32,218 nt of DNA from a virus. Its lineage: Duplodnaviria > Heunggongvirae > Uroviricota > Caudoviricetes. The DNA lies in the IMG/VR virus record IMGVR_UViG_2534682164_000018; one strand, given 5' to 3'. Positions 17,837 to 28,386 of this stretch are shown here, one piece after another. The stretch's first letter is position 1. Each line of letters begins with the position of its first letter. The notes beneath the pieces were generated by a model. It had not been told where the DNA came from. It did not search any database and saw only the letters and a program-made list of their open reading frames with translations. The translations under genes and the position numbers were made by a program.

Positions 17837-18229
17837 ATGATGTTAGTACAAAAAGTACGGAATACGATGAAGCAGCTTATCAATGCTACTAAGAATCTGA
17901 CAGTATCACGTGATGTTGATGTATTTGAACAAATTGCTTTTGATTACTCATTAACGAGTTTAAGTTTCAGCAATGAACGCCGGGCAGGTAACTTTGCAAT
18001 TCAGTATCTGATTTCCCCTAAACCAGAATCAGGTAATACAGCCCCATCCATCACTTATGATCAGATTATTAGTACTTTTGATAAAGAGAAAACTTCAGCA
18101 TTCAGTGATGCAGGTTTAATAATGCTTTCGTGTTCTTATGAACAATCCGATATTGTCACAGATCCTATAACTGGCTCGGTTTCCCTATCCTTTACGATAA
18201 ATATTCAAGTTACGGAAAAGACAAGATAA
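17837..18229 (+). CDS. putative neck/tail completion protein
   Basis: Start chosen at the internal Met (MMLVQKV...) so as not to overlap the previous gene; positional assignment. Confidence 0.35.
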   Translation: MMLVQKVRNTMKQLINATKNLTVSRDVDVFEQIAFDYSLTSLSFSNERRAGNFAIQYLISPKPESGNTAPSITYDQIISTFDKEKTSAFSDAGLIMLSCSYEQSDIVTDPITGSVSLSFTINIQVTEKTR

Positions 18230-18246
18230 CTAAAAGGATATAAAGG

Positions 18247-20898
18247 ATGAGTGATATTTTCTCAGGAAGAGAATTATCAGTACAGTATAATGCTGATATT
18301 GGTAACAGAACACCACAGGGAGCAGGCAATGTAGTAATTAAACAGATTAATACTTTTCCAACCTTAACAATAAATTCAGAAGCAAATAATTTTGAAACGT
18401 ATGATAGTGATTACAGGACAGTACTACTATCTGATAAATCAGTAGCACCATTTGATATTGTAGTTAACTACCTACCTGATGATCCTACACATCAATTCTT
18501 GGATAATGCCGCTAAGTCTCAGCAGCTTTTCCAGATCATCATTCAGTACCAGATGAATAAGGATGAAAATACCATTACTTATGCGATGGTGAATGGTTAT
18601 ATCACCTCTTATAAGTTGGACGGTGATAAAGGTTCAGTAGTAACCAAGGCATACAGTTTTGCCCCACATGATGTGATCGCACGTGCAATGACCATTAACG
18701 CACTATCGCCAATCTATCAGGGGGACTACGGTTTAGGTTCGAACACTACGGATGTACCTCAGTACTCACCATCAGTACCTACGGGTAACAGCTTCATCAA
18801 AGTACCATCATCTCAAGCAGGCAATCCTGCCGGGGCGGATCTGATGGGAGTAGGGCTTGTAGATGGCACTACTGTAAGTTCTCTTGCGATGACAAAGACG
18901 GGTACTCTAAGTATCTATGCAAAGAACGCTACAACCGCCTGGACACGCATATATACCGCTACACAGATGGACGGGCGATACGTACCCCTTACACGTACCA
19001 TCAACGGCCATGCACTCACGGCCAATTTAGTACTGAACAGTGAAGATACAGGTTCAGTACCTGATACACGTACTGTGAATGGTAAGCCTCTAAGTGAGGA
19101 TGTAGTACTTACCAGTACTGATACCGGCTCTGTACCAGATACACGGACAGTTAATGGTCATGTACTCAGTGAAGATATAGTACTGAGTAGTGAAGATACA
19201 GGTTCAGTACCTGACACGCGTACAGTGAACGGTCATGTACTTAGTGAAAATGTAGTACTGAGTAGTGAAGATACAGGTTCAGTACCTGATACACGTATGG
19301 TCAACGGTCATGTACTCAGTGAGGATGTAGTACTTACCAGTACTGATGTTGGCTTAGGGAAGGTTACAGATGATGCCCAGCTTACGATAGCAGGTAATCT
19401 AAGTGATCTGGGGGACGTGGAAGAAGCACGTATTAACCTTGCTGTTTACTCAATGGATGAAGTAGATGCAGAGGTAACGGCTTTAGCTGACAGTATTACT
19501 TCCCTTGATTCCGCTTCCATGAAGAAAGCGAGTAACCTTTCTGATCTATCCAGTCTCTCTACAGCACGTACTAACCTACAGGTGAACCGTTTGACTCAGG
19601 GTGCTACGTACACCGATCTGATGAGTAATGACCTGACTAACCGTATCCGAATTCAGGATAACGGGGCATGGGGTGCAAGTACTGGTACTGGATGGATTGC
19701 TTTAGGTATAGGTCAGGGGGGGACAGGGGCTACAGATGCTTTGAGTGCTCGCCTAAACTTTCAGGTGGATCGCTTTAATCAAGGTAGTAATTTAACAACT
19801 ATTAAATCCGCTGATTCTTCCGCTGCATTAGTGGTTTATGATGGAGGGCAATGGGGTTCAGCTACATATATTGCGGGTGCTTTCACTGGCTGGAAAGCAT
19901 TAGCAATTCCGCAGGGCGGTACTGGTGTTAAGACTCAGGCTGAGTTATGGCCTGCGATTCGTCCTACGGGTGCAACTTCTTTAGCAGGAGATCCTGTCTC
20001 TGATTCTGACGCGACTACCAAACGCTGGGTTGAAAACTTGCTGAGTAGTCGTACTTCAGTTAGTCCTCAATGGGATGTTATTGCTTCTTCCCCTTCCTCT
20101 ACGGCAATTGGTAGTTATGTAACTGGAGGGCGTATTCGTTCGATATGCAACATTGGTACATCAACTGAAATATCTGGTGGTTTTCGGGTTGGTAAAACGA
20201 TGGGACAGACTGGACAGGCTGATCTCACCCTTTTTATTTCTGAAAATGGTGCAGAGGATAAACTATGGGGGCTAAAAGGGCCGACTGGAACGATCCTAAC
20301 TGATGTTCAATCAGGATGGATGACTAATACCGCTGTTTCGGGACCGACAGATGCCAATACCATCACCTTTAACGGTATGTATGCAGGGCCAGGTGACTCA
20401 GGTATTAACTATAGTGAAAAATATTCCCCTTTATTGCACATGCAAAGATACCCAGGGGCAAATCGCTCTCAGCTTCAGATAGACGGTGGTGGTACTTTAA
20501 GAGTACGAGGCGGGAACGGTACAACATGGTTTGGATGGTTAGTAATGCAAGCTCAAGGTACATCAGGTCGTGAGTTTAAAAGAGACATAACTCCAGCAAA
20601 TCCAGTTGAAGCATTAGATCGGATAATGTCACAAGATTTAGTAACGTTTATCTACAAGGATGATGAACAAGAAAGGGTTAGGTTTGGTGTTATCGCCGAA
20701 GATGCTGAGTTGACTGCTCCGCAGTACATTAAGCATGATGAAGAAACAGTTGAAATAGAAGGGGAGATTGTCACTCGTGATCATCCACGTGTTGATTTAA
20801 ATCCAATAGTGATGGACTTGATGGGAGCTATTCAAGCCCAACAAGAAGAAATTAATCAGCTAAAAGATTTAGTACAACAGCTATTAAATAATAAATAA
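18247..20898 (+). CDS. tail fibre with tail-tube-like N-domain, five 25-aa fibre repeats and C-terminal intramolecular-chaperone (peptidase S74-like) domain
   Basis: N-terminal 150 aa is paralogous to the 157-aa protein at 20957 (shared DIFSG...NTF...VNYLPD...HQ.L); repeats SVPDTRTVNGHVLSEDVVLTSTDTG; C-terminus ...EFKRDITP...RFGVIAEDAE... resembles autoproteolytic chaperone domains of phage fibres. Confidence 0.65.
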   Translation: MSDIFSGRELSVQYNADIGNRTPQGAGNVVIKQINTFPTLTINSEANNFETYDSDYRTVLLSDKSVAPFDIVVNYLPDDPTHQFLDNAAKSQQLFQIIIQYQMNKDENTITYAMVNGYITSYKLDGDKGSVVTKAYSFAPHDVIARAMTINALSPIYQGDYGLGSNTTDVPQYSPSVPTGNSFIKVPSSQAGNPAGADLMGVGLVDGTTVSSLAMTKTGTLSIYAKNATTAWTRIYTATQMDGRYVPLTRTINGHALTANLVLNSEDTGSVPDTRTVNGKPLSEDVVLTSTDTGSVPDTRTVNGHVLSEDIVLSSEDTGSVPDTRTVNGHVLSENVVLSSEDTGSVPDTRMVNGHVLSEDVVLTSTDVGLGKVTDDAQLTIAGNLSDLGDVEEARINLAVYSMDEVDAEVTALADSITSLDSASMKKASNLSDLSSLSTARTNLQVNRLTQGATYTDLMSNDLTNRIRIQDNGAWGASTGTGWIALGIGQGGTGATDALSARLNFQVDRFNQGSNLTTIKSADSSAALVVYDGGQWGSATYIAGAFTGWKALAIPQGGTGVKTQAELWPAIRPTGATSLAGDPVSDSDATTKRWVENLLSSRTSVSPQWDVIASSPSSTAIGSYVTGGRIRSICNIGTSTEISGGFRVGKTMGQTGQADLTLFISENGAEDKLWGLKGPTGTILTDVQSGWMTNTAVSGPTDANTITFNGMYAGPGDSGINYSEKYSPLLHMQRYPGANRSQLQIDGGGTLRVRGGNGTTWFGWLVMQAQGTSGREFKRDITPANPVEALDRIMSQDLVTFIYKDDEQERVRFGVIAEDAELTAPQYIKHDEETVEIEGEIVTRDHPRVDLNPIVMDLMGAIQAQQEEINQLKDLVQQLLNNK
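18991..19353 (+). repeat. five tandem 75-bp in-frame repeats encoding the fibre repeat
   Basis: Near-identical copies of acacgtac(a/t)gt(g/c)aa(c/t)ggtcatgtact(c/t)agtga(a/g)gat...ggttcagtacctgat read directly. Confidence 0.7.
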
Positions 20899-20956
20899 AT
20901 ATAAACGGGGTGAACGGATTCACTCCAATAAAATTTTCTTATAAGGATATAAAACT

Positions 20957-21430
20957 ATGGCTATGGATATTTTTTCCGGTGCTAACCTTACTGTAGAAGT
21001 AGGTTCAAGTGCTGGTAAAACAGTTGCTACTGACTTTGTAGAAGTACCAGAGGTAAACACCTTCAGTACTTCAGGCTTTGAAAGTACTGTAATTAGCGTA
21101 AAAACATTCAATAATGCTTATGATCGTAAGCTATTGGGTACTAAGTCAATCCCGGACATTTCTCTTGCAGTTAACTACTTACCAGATAATGCAGTACATC
21201 AGAATTTAGAACAACTTGCAGACGATCAGAAACGTTGTCAGGTAAAACTAAGCTATTTTACCGATGCAACTAAAAAAGAAGGTTTCTTTGTAATTTATAC
21301 CTGCTTTGTTTCAAGTACCACTATCGGTGGTGATAAAGATGAAGTAGTAACTAAGACTTTCACCCTTGCAGTTGATGGTGAAGCAATTGATTCAGGTCTG
21401 ATTACTCCAAAACCAGAATCGGGCGAATAA
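20957..21430 (+). CDS. major tail (tube) protein
   Basis: 157 aa, immediately upstream of chaperone and tape-measure genes, followed by a strong terminator; paralogous to the N-domain of the 883-aa fibre. Confidence 0.55.
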   Translation: MAMDIFSGANLTVEVGSSAGKTVATDFVEVPEVNTFSTSGFESTVISVKTFNNAYDRKLLGTKSIPDISLAVNYLPDNAVHQNLEQLADDQKRCQVKLSYFTDATKKEGFFVIYTCFVSSTTIGGDKDEVVTKTFTLAVDGEAIDSGLITPKPESGE

Positions 21431-21438
21431 TAATAAAT

Positions 21439-21470
21439 AAAGGGAAGGTGCTCAACTTTCCCTTTTTATT
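21439..21470 (+). terminator. rho-independent terminator after the major tail protein gene
   Basis: Stem aaagggaa / ttcccttt (8 bp) with 11-nt loop, followed by ttatt. Confidence 0.55.
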
Positions 21471-21536
21471 GGAGATGAAAATGAATTTAAACGAATTGAA
21501 GAAAAACTACAACCAGAATTAAAACCACATGAAGTA

Positions 21537-21779
21537 ATGGGTGAAATCATCTTTATTCATCGTCCAAATGGTCAGGATTTCCAGAAATGCACTGATGTGG
21601 CTAAAACTCTAATCCTATGTGTAAAAGATGAAAATGGTGATCCTATCTTCGCAGAAGAAGATATTGATGGACGAATTAATGTTAACTCTATTGATTTTGT
21701 AATCCAGAATGAAATTTACTCAGCAATTATTGCTTTAATCAATACTGCGAAACCTGTAGATGAAGTAGAAAAAAAGTAA
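21537..21779 (+). CDS. tail assembly chaperone (lambda G analogue)
   Basis: 80-aa ORF between tail-tube and tape-measure genes, ending ...VEKK-stop with slippery A_AAA_AAG one codon before the stop. Confidence 0.55.
   Translation: MGEIIFIHRPNGQDFQKCTDVAKTLILCVKDENGDPIFAEEDIDGRINVNSIDFVIQNEIYSAIIALINTAKPVDEVEKK
21770..21776 (+). other. candidate -1 programmed ribosomal frameshift site A_AAA_AAG
   Basis: In frame 0 the codons AAA AAG sit at 21771-21776; the -1 frame is open from 21764 to 22174. Confidence 0.5.
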
Positions 21780-22174
21780 GAGGTGATATCGAATTAAAGT
21801 ACTTTTGTAAGATGGTTAACAAAAGAGGCTTATCACCTGAAGAATACTTTAGTTTAGATCCTGATGTACTCAATATGCTTATGATCTACGATACTTTTAT
21901 AGAACCATCCGGTACGCAGATTGAAATGATGAAACATGCGTACCAGTGTTACTACACCACTATCAGTAATGGCAACCTAACACCAGAAGCAAGGAAAAGT
22001 ATCAAGGTACAGGATTTTGATTTTCTTGATGTGCTTAGTGATAGTACTAAGAGTACTTCAGAGAAAGCTGAAGAAAGAAAATTAAAAACTAAAGAGGCTC
22101 AATCCAATGATATTAAATCTATAGGGGAGTTAATTAAATCTCAGGTATTAGGAAAGAAAAAGAATGGCAAATAA
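21776..22174 (+). CDS. T-like extension of the tail assembly chaperone, probably made only as a G-T fusion by -1 frameshift
   Basis: -1 frame is open from the slippery site to just inside the tape-measure gene; the track ORF from the ATG at 21812 may not be translated on its own. Confidence 0.45.
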   Translation, partial: VRGDIELKYFCKMVNKRGLSPEEYFSLDPDVLNMLMIYDTFIEPSGTQIEMMKHAYQCYYTTISNGNLTPEARKSIKVQDFDFLDVLSDSTKSTSEKAEERKLKTKEAQSNDIKSIGELIKSQVLGKKKNGK

Positions 22175-24377
22175 TAATAGAATACGTGTAGATATTACGG
22201 GTGATTCTTCCGGTTTACAGCGTGCTTTAAGGTCTGGTACTGAATCATTAGAGGAATTTGGTAGTACTGCTGGTGGCATTGTTGAAGAGTTCACAGGCCG
22301 AATAACTGGTATGGCTGGCGGGTTCGGTACTGCTATGACCGGGATCGCGGGTGCTGCGGCTATTGGTATTGGTGGCCTGGCAGCATTAGTAGAATCATCA
22401 CGTGAATATGTGCGTGAAATGAACCAGATCAGTAAGAGTACCGGATTGTCCGTGGTTCAGTTACAACAGCTATCAGCGGCGTTTAGTGGCCTCGGTCTTG
22501 AGATTGATAAGTTTGGTGATTTCAACAAGGATACCTTGGATAAGCTCGGTGATGCTTTTCGTGCTGGCGGTGGTGTATCCGATGATCTTAAAGAATATGG
22601 ACTCAACCTACAGGACTATAACAAGTACTTAAAACAGGCTGATGGTGGTATGCAGGCTGTGATCCACACCTTTTACGCCATGCGTGATGCAGGTAAATCA
22701 CAGAGTGAAATAGTTAACGTAATGGAAACGTTAGCCAGTGACTCAAGCCACATGATTAGTACTCTTCAGCAGTTCAATAATGAGGCTCAAGCTACAGCCT
22801 ATATCCAGTCACAAAATGCTGAAGTAACTAATGATGCTGCTGAAAAATATGCTGAATTCGATAAAAACCTTGGGAAACTTACTACCAGCATTAAAGGTAC
22901 TATTGCTGATGGCCTATCACCTTTAGTTAATGCCATGAACAGTGTCTATGATGCTGCAAATCAAAAACCTCACGAGGCAGGTTTGTTTGAAGATCTGAAT
23001 GAACGTATTAAAACTTCCAAGGGTTCTCTACAGGATATGTTGGATATCTGGGAAAAATTACGTACAGCAGGGGCATTAAACTACCAGGGTGCAGCACTCA
23101 ATACTGGCATCATGGATGATAAGGGCAACAAGGGTAATGAGTTCGCTCAGGCTAAGGCACGTTTAGAAGAACTGGCAAACAACCTAAAGTCCGATGTTGC
23201 GGTTGCTACCGCTCCTACTGGCGGATGGGTTGATCAGGCAAAAGAAGCTGAAGATGCAGCGAAGAAGTTAGAACAACAACGTAAACAGGCAGAAGCGGCA
23301 CAAAAGGCGGCAGATGCAAAACGCCTACAGGCTCAACGTAATCTGGAAGCTGCTCTTGCTCAAGTTGGGGAAGATGGTTTTCAGGTACGTCTACAGCAGT
23401 TCGACAGACAACAAAAGGCACTTCTTAAAACCATCACCGATAGTGCTCAAGTACTCGGTATCAATCCTGATGAAATGCTAAAGAACGCTACTGCATATGG
23501 TGCTAAACAACGTACTGATTTACTGAATTCAATGGTTGGTTATCAAGATCCTAATCAGGGTCTGAAAGATACCAATGCTCTTATTGGTTCCGGTCTACTC
23601 AATGACAATCAGAAGGGGTATCTGGCACAGCAACAGAATCAGCGTATCAATGGTGGTAATCCATTAGCCTATAACGATACCGATCAGAAGTTGAAAGATA
23701 ACGCTGATGCTATGAATGCTGAACTTCAGCAGAATGAGTTGTTGCTGAAAGGCCATGAGGACTATGAGAAACGTAAAGCTGAGATCACGGCAAAGTACAA
23801 TGCACAGGCCATCCAAATCAGTAACCAGAATGCACAGGATCAGTTAAGTATCTTCTCAAGTACTGCACAGTCACTATCACAGGGCATGGTTGATGCGTTT
23901 GGGGAAAGTAGTGGGGCTGCACAAGCTGCATTTACCCTAAGTAAGAGCATAAGCATTGCACAGACAGTACTTTCAATTCAGTCAGCATTGGCCCAAGCAC
24001 TCGCTACCCCTTGGCCAGCTTCATTGGCAAACTATGCACAAGTACTTTCACTTGGTATGTCGATTATTAGTACTGCAAAGGGTGCTGCTGCTGGTCAGTT
24101 CCATGGCGGGGTAGATGAACTACCAGCAAGTTATGACAACAAATCATTTGTACTTAAGCAGGGCGAGAGAGTGGTGCAGCCTGAAGCGAATAAGAAATTA
24201 ACAGCATTCTTGGATAAACAAGAAGGTGGAAGTACTTCAGGTGATATTACCGTTAACGCACCATTGATCATCCAGGGTGATGTAGCTGATGATGACAAGA
24301 AATTTAATGAGATGCTTAAGAAACACGCCAATAGTGTTTCTCAAGCTGTGAGAAGTAGTCAAAAACGTAATACATAA
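22164..24377 (+). CDS. tail tape measure protein
   Basis: 737 aa, Ala/Gly/Gln-rich and coiled-coil-like, in the canonical position downstream of G/GT. Confidence 0.8.
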   Translation: MANNNRIRVDITGDSSGLQRALRSGTESLEEFGSTAGGIVEEFTGRITGMAGGFGTAMTGIAGAAAIGIGGLAALVESSREYVREMNQISKSTGLSVVQLQQLSAAFSGLGLEIDKFGDFNKDTLDKLGDAFRAGGGVSDDLKEYGLNLQDYNKYLKQADGGMQAVIHTFYAMRDAGKSQSEIVNVMETLASDSSHMISTLQQFNNEAQATAYIQSQNAEVTNDAAEKYAEFDKNLGKLTTSIKGTIADGLSPLVNAMNSVYDAANQKPHEAGLFEDLNERIKTSKGSLQDMLDIWEKLRTAGALNYQGAALNTGIMDDKGNKGNEFAQAKARLEELANNLKSDVAVATAPTGGWVDQAKEAEDAAKKLEQQRKQAEAAQKAADAKRLQAQRNLEAALAQVGEDGFQVRLQQFDRQQKALLKTITDSAQVLGINPDEMLKNATAYGAKQRTDLLNSMVGYQDPNQGLKDTNALIGSGLLNDNQKGYLAQQQNQRINGGNPLAYNDTDQKLKDNADAMNAELQQNELLLKGHEDYEKRKAEITAKYNAQAIQISNQNAQDQLSIFSSTAQSLSQGMVDAFGESSGAAQAAFTLSKSISIAQTVLSIQSALAQALATPWPASLANYAQVLSLGMSIISTAKGAAAGQFHGGVDELPASYDNKSFVLKQGERVVQPEANKKLTAFLDKQEGGSTSGDITVNAPLIIQGDVADDDKKFNEMLKKHANSVSQAVRSSQKRNT

Positions 24378-24387
24378 GAAAGCCCAG

Positions 24388-24861
24388 TTAGGGATTTTCC
24401 GTGTGATAAGACAAATATTGTGAAAGAGAAGATGAAAGGGTATAGAGATTGTAATACTCTTCCCGCAATAATTTAACTTTAGGTGGTGAGTATTTAATAT
24501 TGTATGCAAGCTGTGTTGAAAGAGTACGTAATCTCGATAATGAATAATAACTCTTTACGATGGCATCTACTTCTTTTTTTGGGAGTGATGCTAATTTTTC
24601 TAATTGGGAATAATATACATCATCATGCAAATAAGAAACGGCAGTTGCTACTCTTTTAATAGCTTCTGTATCTTCAGTTGGAAGAGGAATACATATTTCA
24701 TATGTGCCTAACACCTGAGACTCATCGCCACCAGTAGCAAGAGCTAAAAGGTTATTGTTGATTTCGCTCAATAAGATTACACGCATCTTAAAAACATCAT
24801 CTGAACTTTCTTTCCATTTATCATATGCGTTATAGCCTATTTGGCCTGCAAATAACAACAT
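24388..24861 (-). CDS. hypothetical reverse-strand moron inside the tail module
   Basis: 157-aa ORF fills the 583-bp gap between tape-measure and distal tail genes on the opposite strand; no recognised motif. Confidence 0.4.
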   Translation of the reverse strand: MLLFAGQIGYNAYDKWKESSDDVFKMRVILLSEINNNLLALATGGDESQVLGTYEICIPLPTEDTEAIKRVATAVSYLHDDVYYSQLEKLASLPKKEVDAIVKSYYSLSRLRTLSTQLAYNIKYSPPKVKLLREEYYNLYTLSSSLSQYLSYHTENP

Positions 24862-24960
24862 AGCAACGATGACGGATGCAGCCTGCCAATCAAGCCTGTT
24901 AAAAAAATACGAATCGAGGTTTTTAAATAAATAAAGAAAGAAGATATTCGAGGTAACAAA

Positions 24961-25518
24961 ATGGCATCCTTTTCAAATCAAATAAAAGTAACGAACTTTC
25001 AAATTAAAAGTACTGAACCGATCTATTCTAATCAAACATGGACAGGTCAACGTATCATGAGAAGTACTGGAATTCAATACTATCAAATTCAGTTCACCCT
25101 TAATTTTAATCCTGCATCACTAAATGAAGTGAATAGCTTTTTAGCTCAATATGCACAGGGCAAACCTTTCACTATGTCATTGGGGCTTGCAGGTACATAT
25201 TACGGTAAACAGACTGGTGCAGTAACCGCTACTGCTCTCACTAAACCGGGTAATATGGTTGTACCTATCAGTACTAACACATTAGCTGTGGGTGAGTGGG
25301 TACAGTTTTCCAATCACAATAAGCTATATCGAATCGTAGAACGTACCAGTACTTCAATTACTATTTTCCCTGCTCTACAAAATACAGTACAGGCAAGTGA
25401 AGCACTCAAATATAACAATCTCATGATCGAGGCTGTATTAGATCCAGACAATGATTATTCATTGCCTATTGGGAACATCATGAATATTACATTGAAAGCA
25501 ACGGAGAATATCATCTAA
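24961..25518 (+). CDS. minor tail protein (lambda gpM-like)
   Basis: YQIQFTLNFNPASLNEVNSFLAQYAQGKPFTMSL resembles the gpM pattern YSVTLSVPREEATVLESFLEEHGGWKSFLW (recalled); position after tape measure. Confidence 0.45.
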   Translation: MASFSNQIKVTNFQIKSTEPIYSNQTWTGQRIMRSTGIQYYQIQFTLNFNPASLNEVNSFLAQYAQGKPFTMSLGLAGTYYGKQTGAVTATALTKPGNMVVPISTNTLAVGEWVQFSNHNKLYRIVERTSTSITIFPALQNTVQASEALKYNNLMIEAVLDPDNDYSLPIGNIMNITLKATENII

Positions 25519-26140
25519 TGGACTCAGGTATATATACTAATGCTAATCTTCTTAAGTACTGGAAGTTAGTCAGAGGTACAACCAAGACAAGATTAACACT
25601 AATGGAAATTATGAGCTTAGGCGTTAATGTTACTTGTTTTGATGTACTACCAAAAGGTACTAATGGTTTTCACTGGACGGATTCACTAATTGATATAGAT
25701 CTGGATGGTTATAAGTACATAAGTTTCCCCGACATTATCAGTGGTTCATTACCTTCATATTCTGAACAAAAGGGCATGTCTAATGATGCTATCAATTTTA
25801 AAATTAGCAATGTAAACGCCTCGGTTCGTGCTCTTGCCCTTGGTGGTTTCTTGAAAGATGCACAGATGAATATCAAGTTAGTAATTCTCAATCCATATGA
25901 TAGTACTGTAATTGATTCAATGCTCATGTTTACGGGGTTTATTGACTATGTACAGGCAGTAACTGATCCAAATCAGAAGCAAAACGAAATGACTATATAT
26001 GTGAATTCTGTCTATAAGAAATTAGACAGACAACCTGCATTAATTGCCGCCAACTCAGTATATCAATCTTACTATAGAAATGATGAGTACTTTAGTCTGT
26101 TAGGTCAAGTTAATCAAAATCAGAACTGGAAATACAAGTA

Positions 26141-26141
<1 letters not shown>
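25518..26141 (+). CDS. minor tail protein (gpL position)
   Basis: 207 aa; positional assignment only. Confidence 0.35.
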
Positions 26142-27050
<909 letters not shown>

Positions 27051-27141
27051 TAGACTGGCCCCCTGAATCTCCAGACAACCAGTATCACTTAAATAAGTGA
27101 TAGTCTTAATACTAGTTTTTAGACTAGTCATTGGAGTACAG

Positions 27142-27507
27142 ATGATTGATGTCTTAGGGCCGGAGAAACGCAGACGGCGTACCACACAGGAAAAGATCGC
27201 AATTGTTCAGCAGAGCTTTGAACCGGGGATGACGGTCTCCCTCGTTGCCCGGCAACATGGTGTAGCAGCCAGCCAGTTATTTCTCTGGCGTAAGCAATAC
27301 CAGGAAGGAAGTCTTACTGCTGTCGCCGCCGGAGAACAGGTTGTTCCTGCCTCTGAACTTGCTGCCGCCATGAAGCAGATTAAAGAACTCCAGCGCCTGC
27401 TCGGCAAGAAAACGATGGAAAATGAACTCCTCAAAGAAGCCGTTGAATATGGACGGGCAAAAAAGTGGATAGCGCACGCGCCCTTATTGCCCGGGGATGG
27501 GGAGTAA
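27142..27507 (+). CDS. insC: IS2 InsC (orfA)
   Basis: Same translation as the copy at 11699-12064. Confidence 0.9.
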
Positions 27508-28370
27508 GCTTAGTCAGCCGTTGTCTCCGGGTGTCGCGTGCGCAGTTGCACGTCATTCTCAGACGAACCGATGACTGGATGGATGGCCGCCGCAGTCGTC
27601 ACACTGATGATACGGATGTGCTTCTCCGTATACACCATGTTATCGGAGAGCTGCCCACGTATGGTTATCGTCGGGTATGGGCGCTGCTTCGCAGACAGGC
27701 AGAACTTGATGATATGCCTGCGATCAATGCCAAACGTGTTTACCGGATCATGCGCCAGAATGCGCTGTTGCTTGAGCGAAAACCTGCTGTACCGCCATCG
27801 AAACGGGCACATACAGGCAGAGTGGCCGTGAAAGAAAGCAATCAGCGATGGTGCTCTGACGGGTTCGAGTTCTGCTGTGATAACGGAGAGAGACTGCGTG
27901 TCACGTTCGCGCTGGACTGCTGTGATCGTGAGGCACTGCACTGGGCGGTGACTACCGGCGGCTTCAACAGTGAAACAGTACAGGACGTCATGCTGGGAGC
28001 GGTGGAACGCCGCTTCGGCAACGATCTTCCGTCGTCTCCAGTGGAGTGGCTGACGGATAATGGTTCATGCTACCGGGCTAATGAAACACGCCAGTTCGCC
28101 CGGATGTTGGGACTTGAACCGAAGAACACGGCGGTGCGGAGTCCGGAGAGTAACGGAATAGCAGAGAGCTTCGTGAAAACGATAAAGCGTGACTACATCA
28201 GTATCATGCCCAAACCAGACGGGTTAACGGCAGCAAAGAACCTTGCAGAGGCGTTCGAGCATTATAACGAATGGCATCCGCATAGTGCGCTGGGTTATCG
28301 CTCGCCACGGGAATATCTGCGGCAGCGGGCTTGTAATGGGTTAAGTGATAACAGATGTCTGGAAATATAG
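27465..28370 (+). CDS. insD: IS2 InsD transposase
   Basis: 301 aa; one residue differs from the other copy (Asp versus Gly in ...AELD(D/G)MPA...). Confidence 0.9.
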
Positions 28371-28386
28371 GGGCAAATCCAGTGGT

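Larger units (their letters stand above)
27051..28381 (+). mobile_element. IS2, 1331 bp, forward orientation, flanked by 5-bp duplication GTGGT
   Basis: Starts TAGACTGGCCCCCTGAATCTCC and ends GGGGCAAATCCA; GTGGT at 27046-27050 and 28382-28386; differs from the other copy by at least one base (27712 A versus G at the equivalent of 11494). Confidence 0.95.

Noticed and set aside
17759-18229. Track ORF start at 17759, overlapping the previous gene by 77 nt
   Set aside because: The N-terminal 26 codons lie inside the preceding gene; the internal Met at 17837 gives a non-overlapping, more plausible start.
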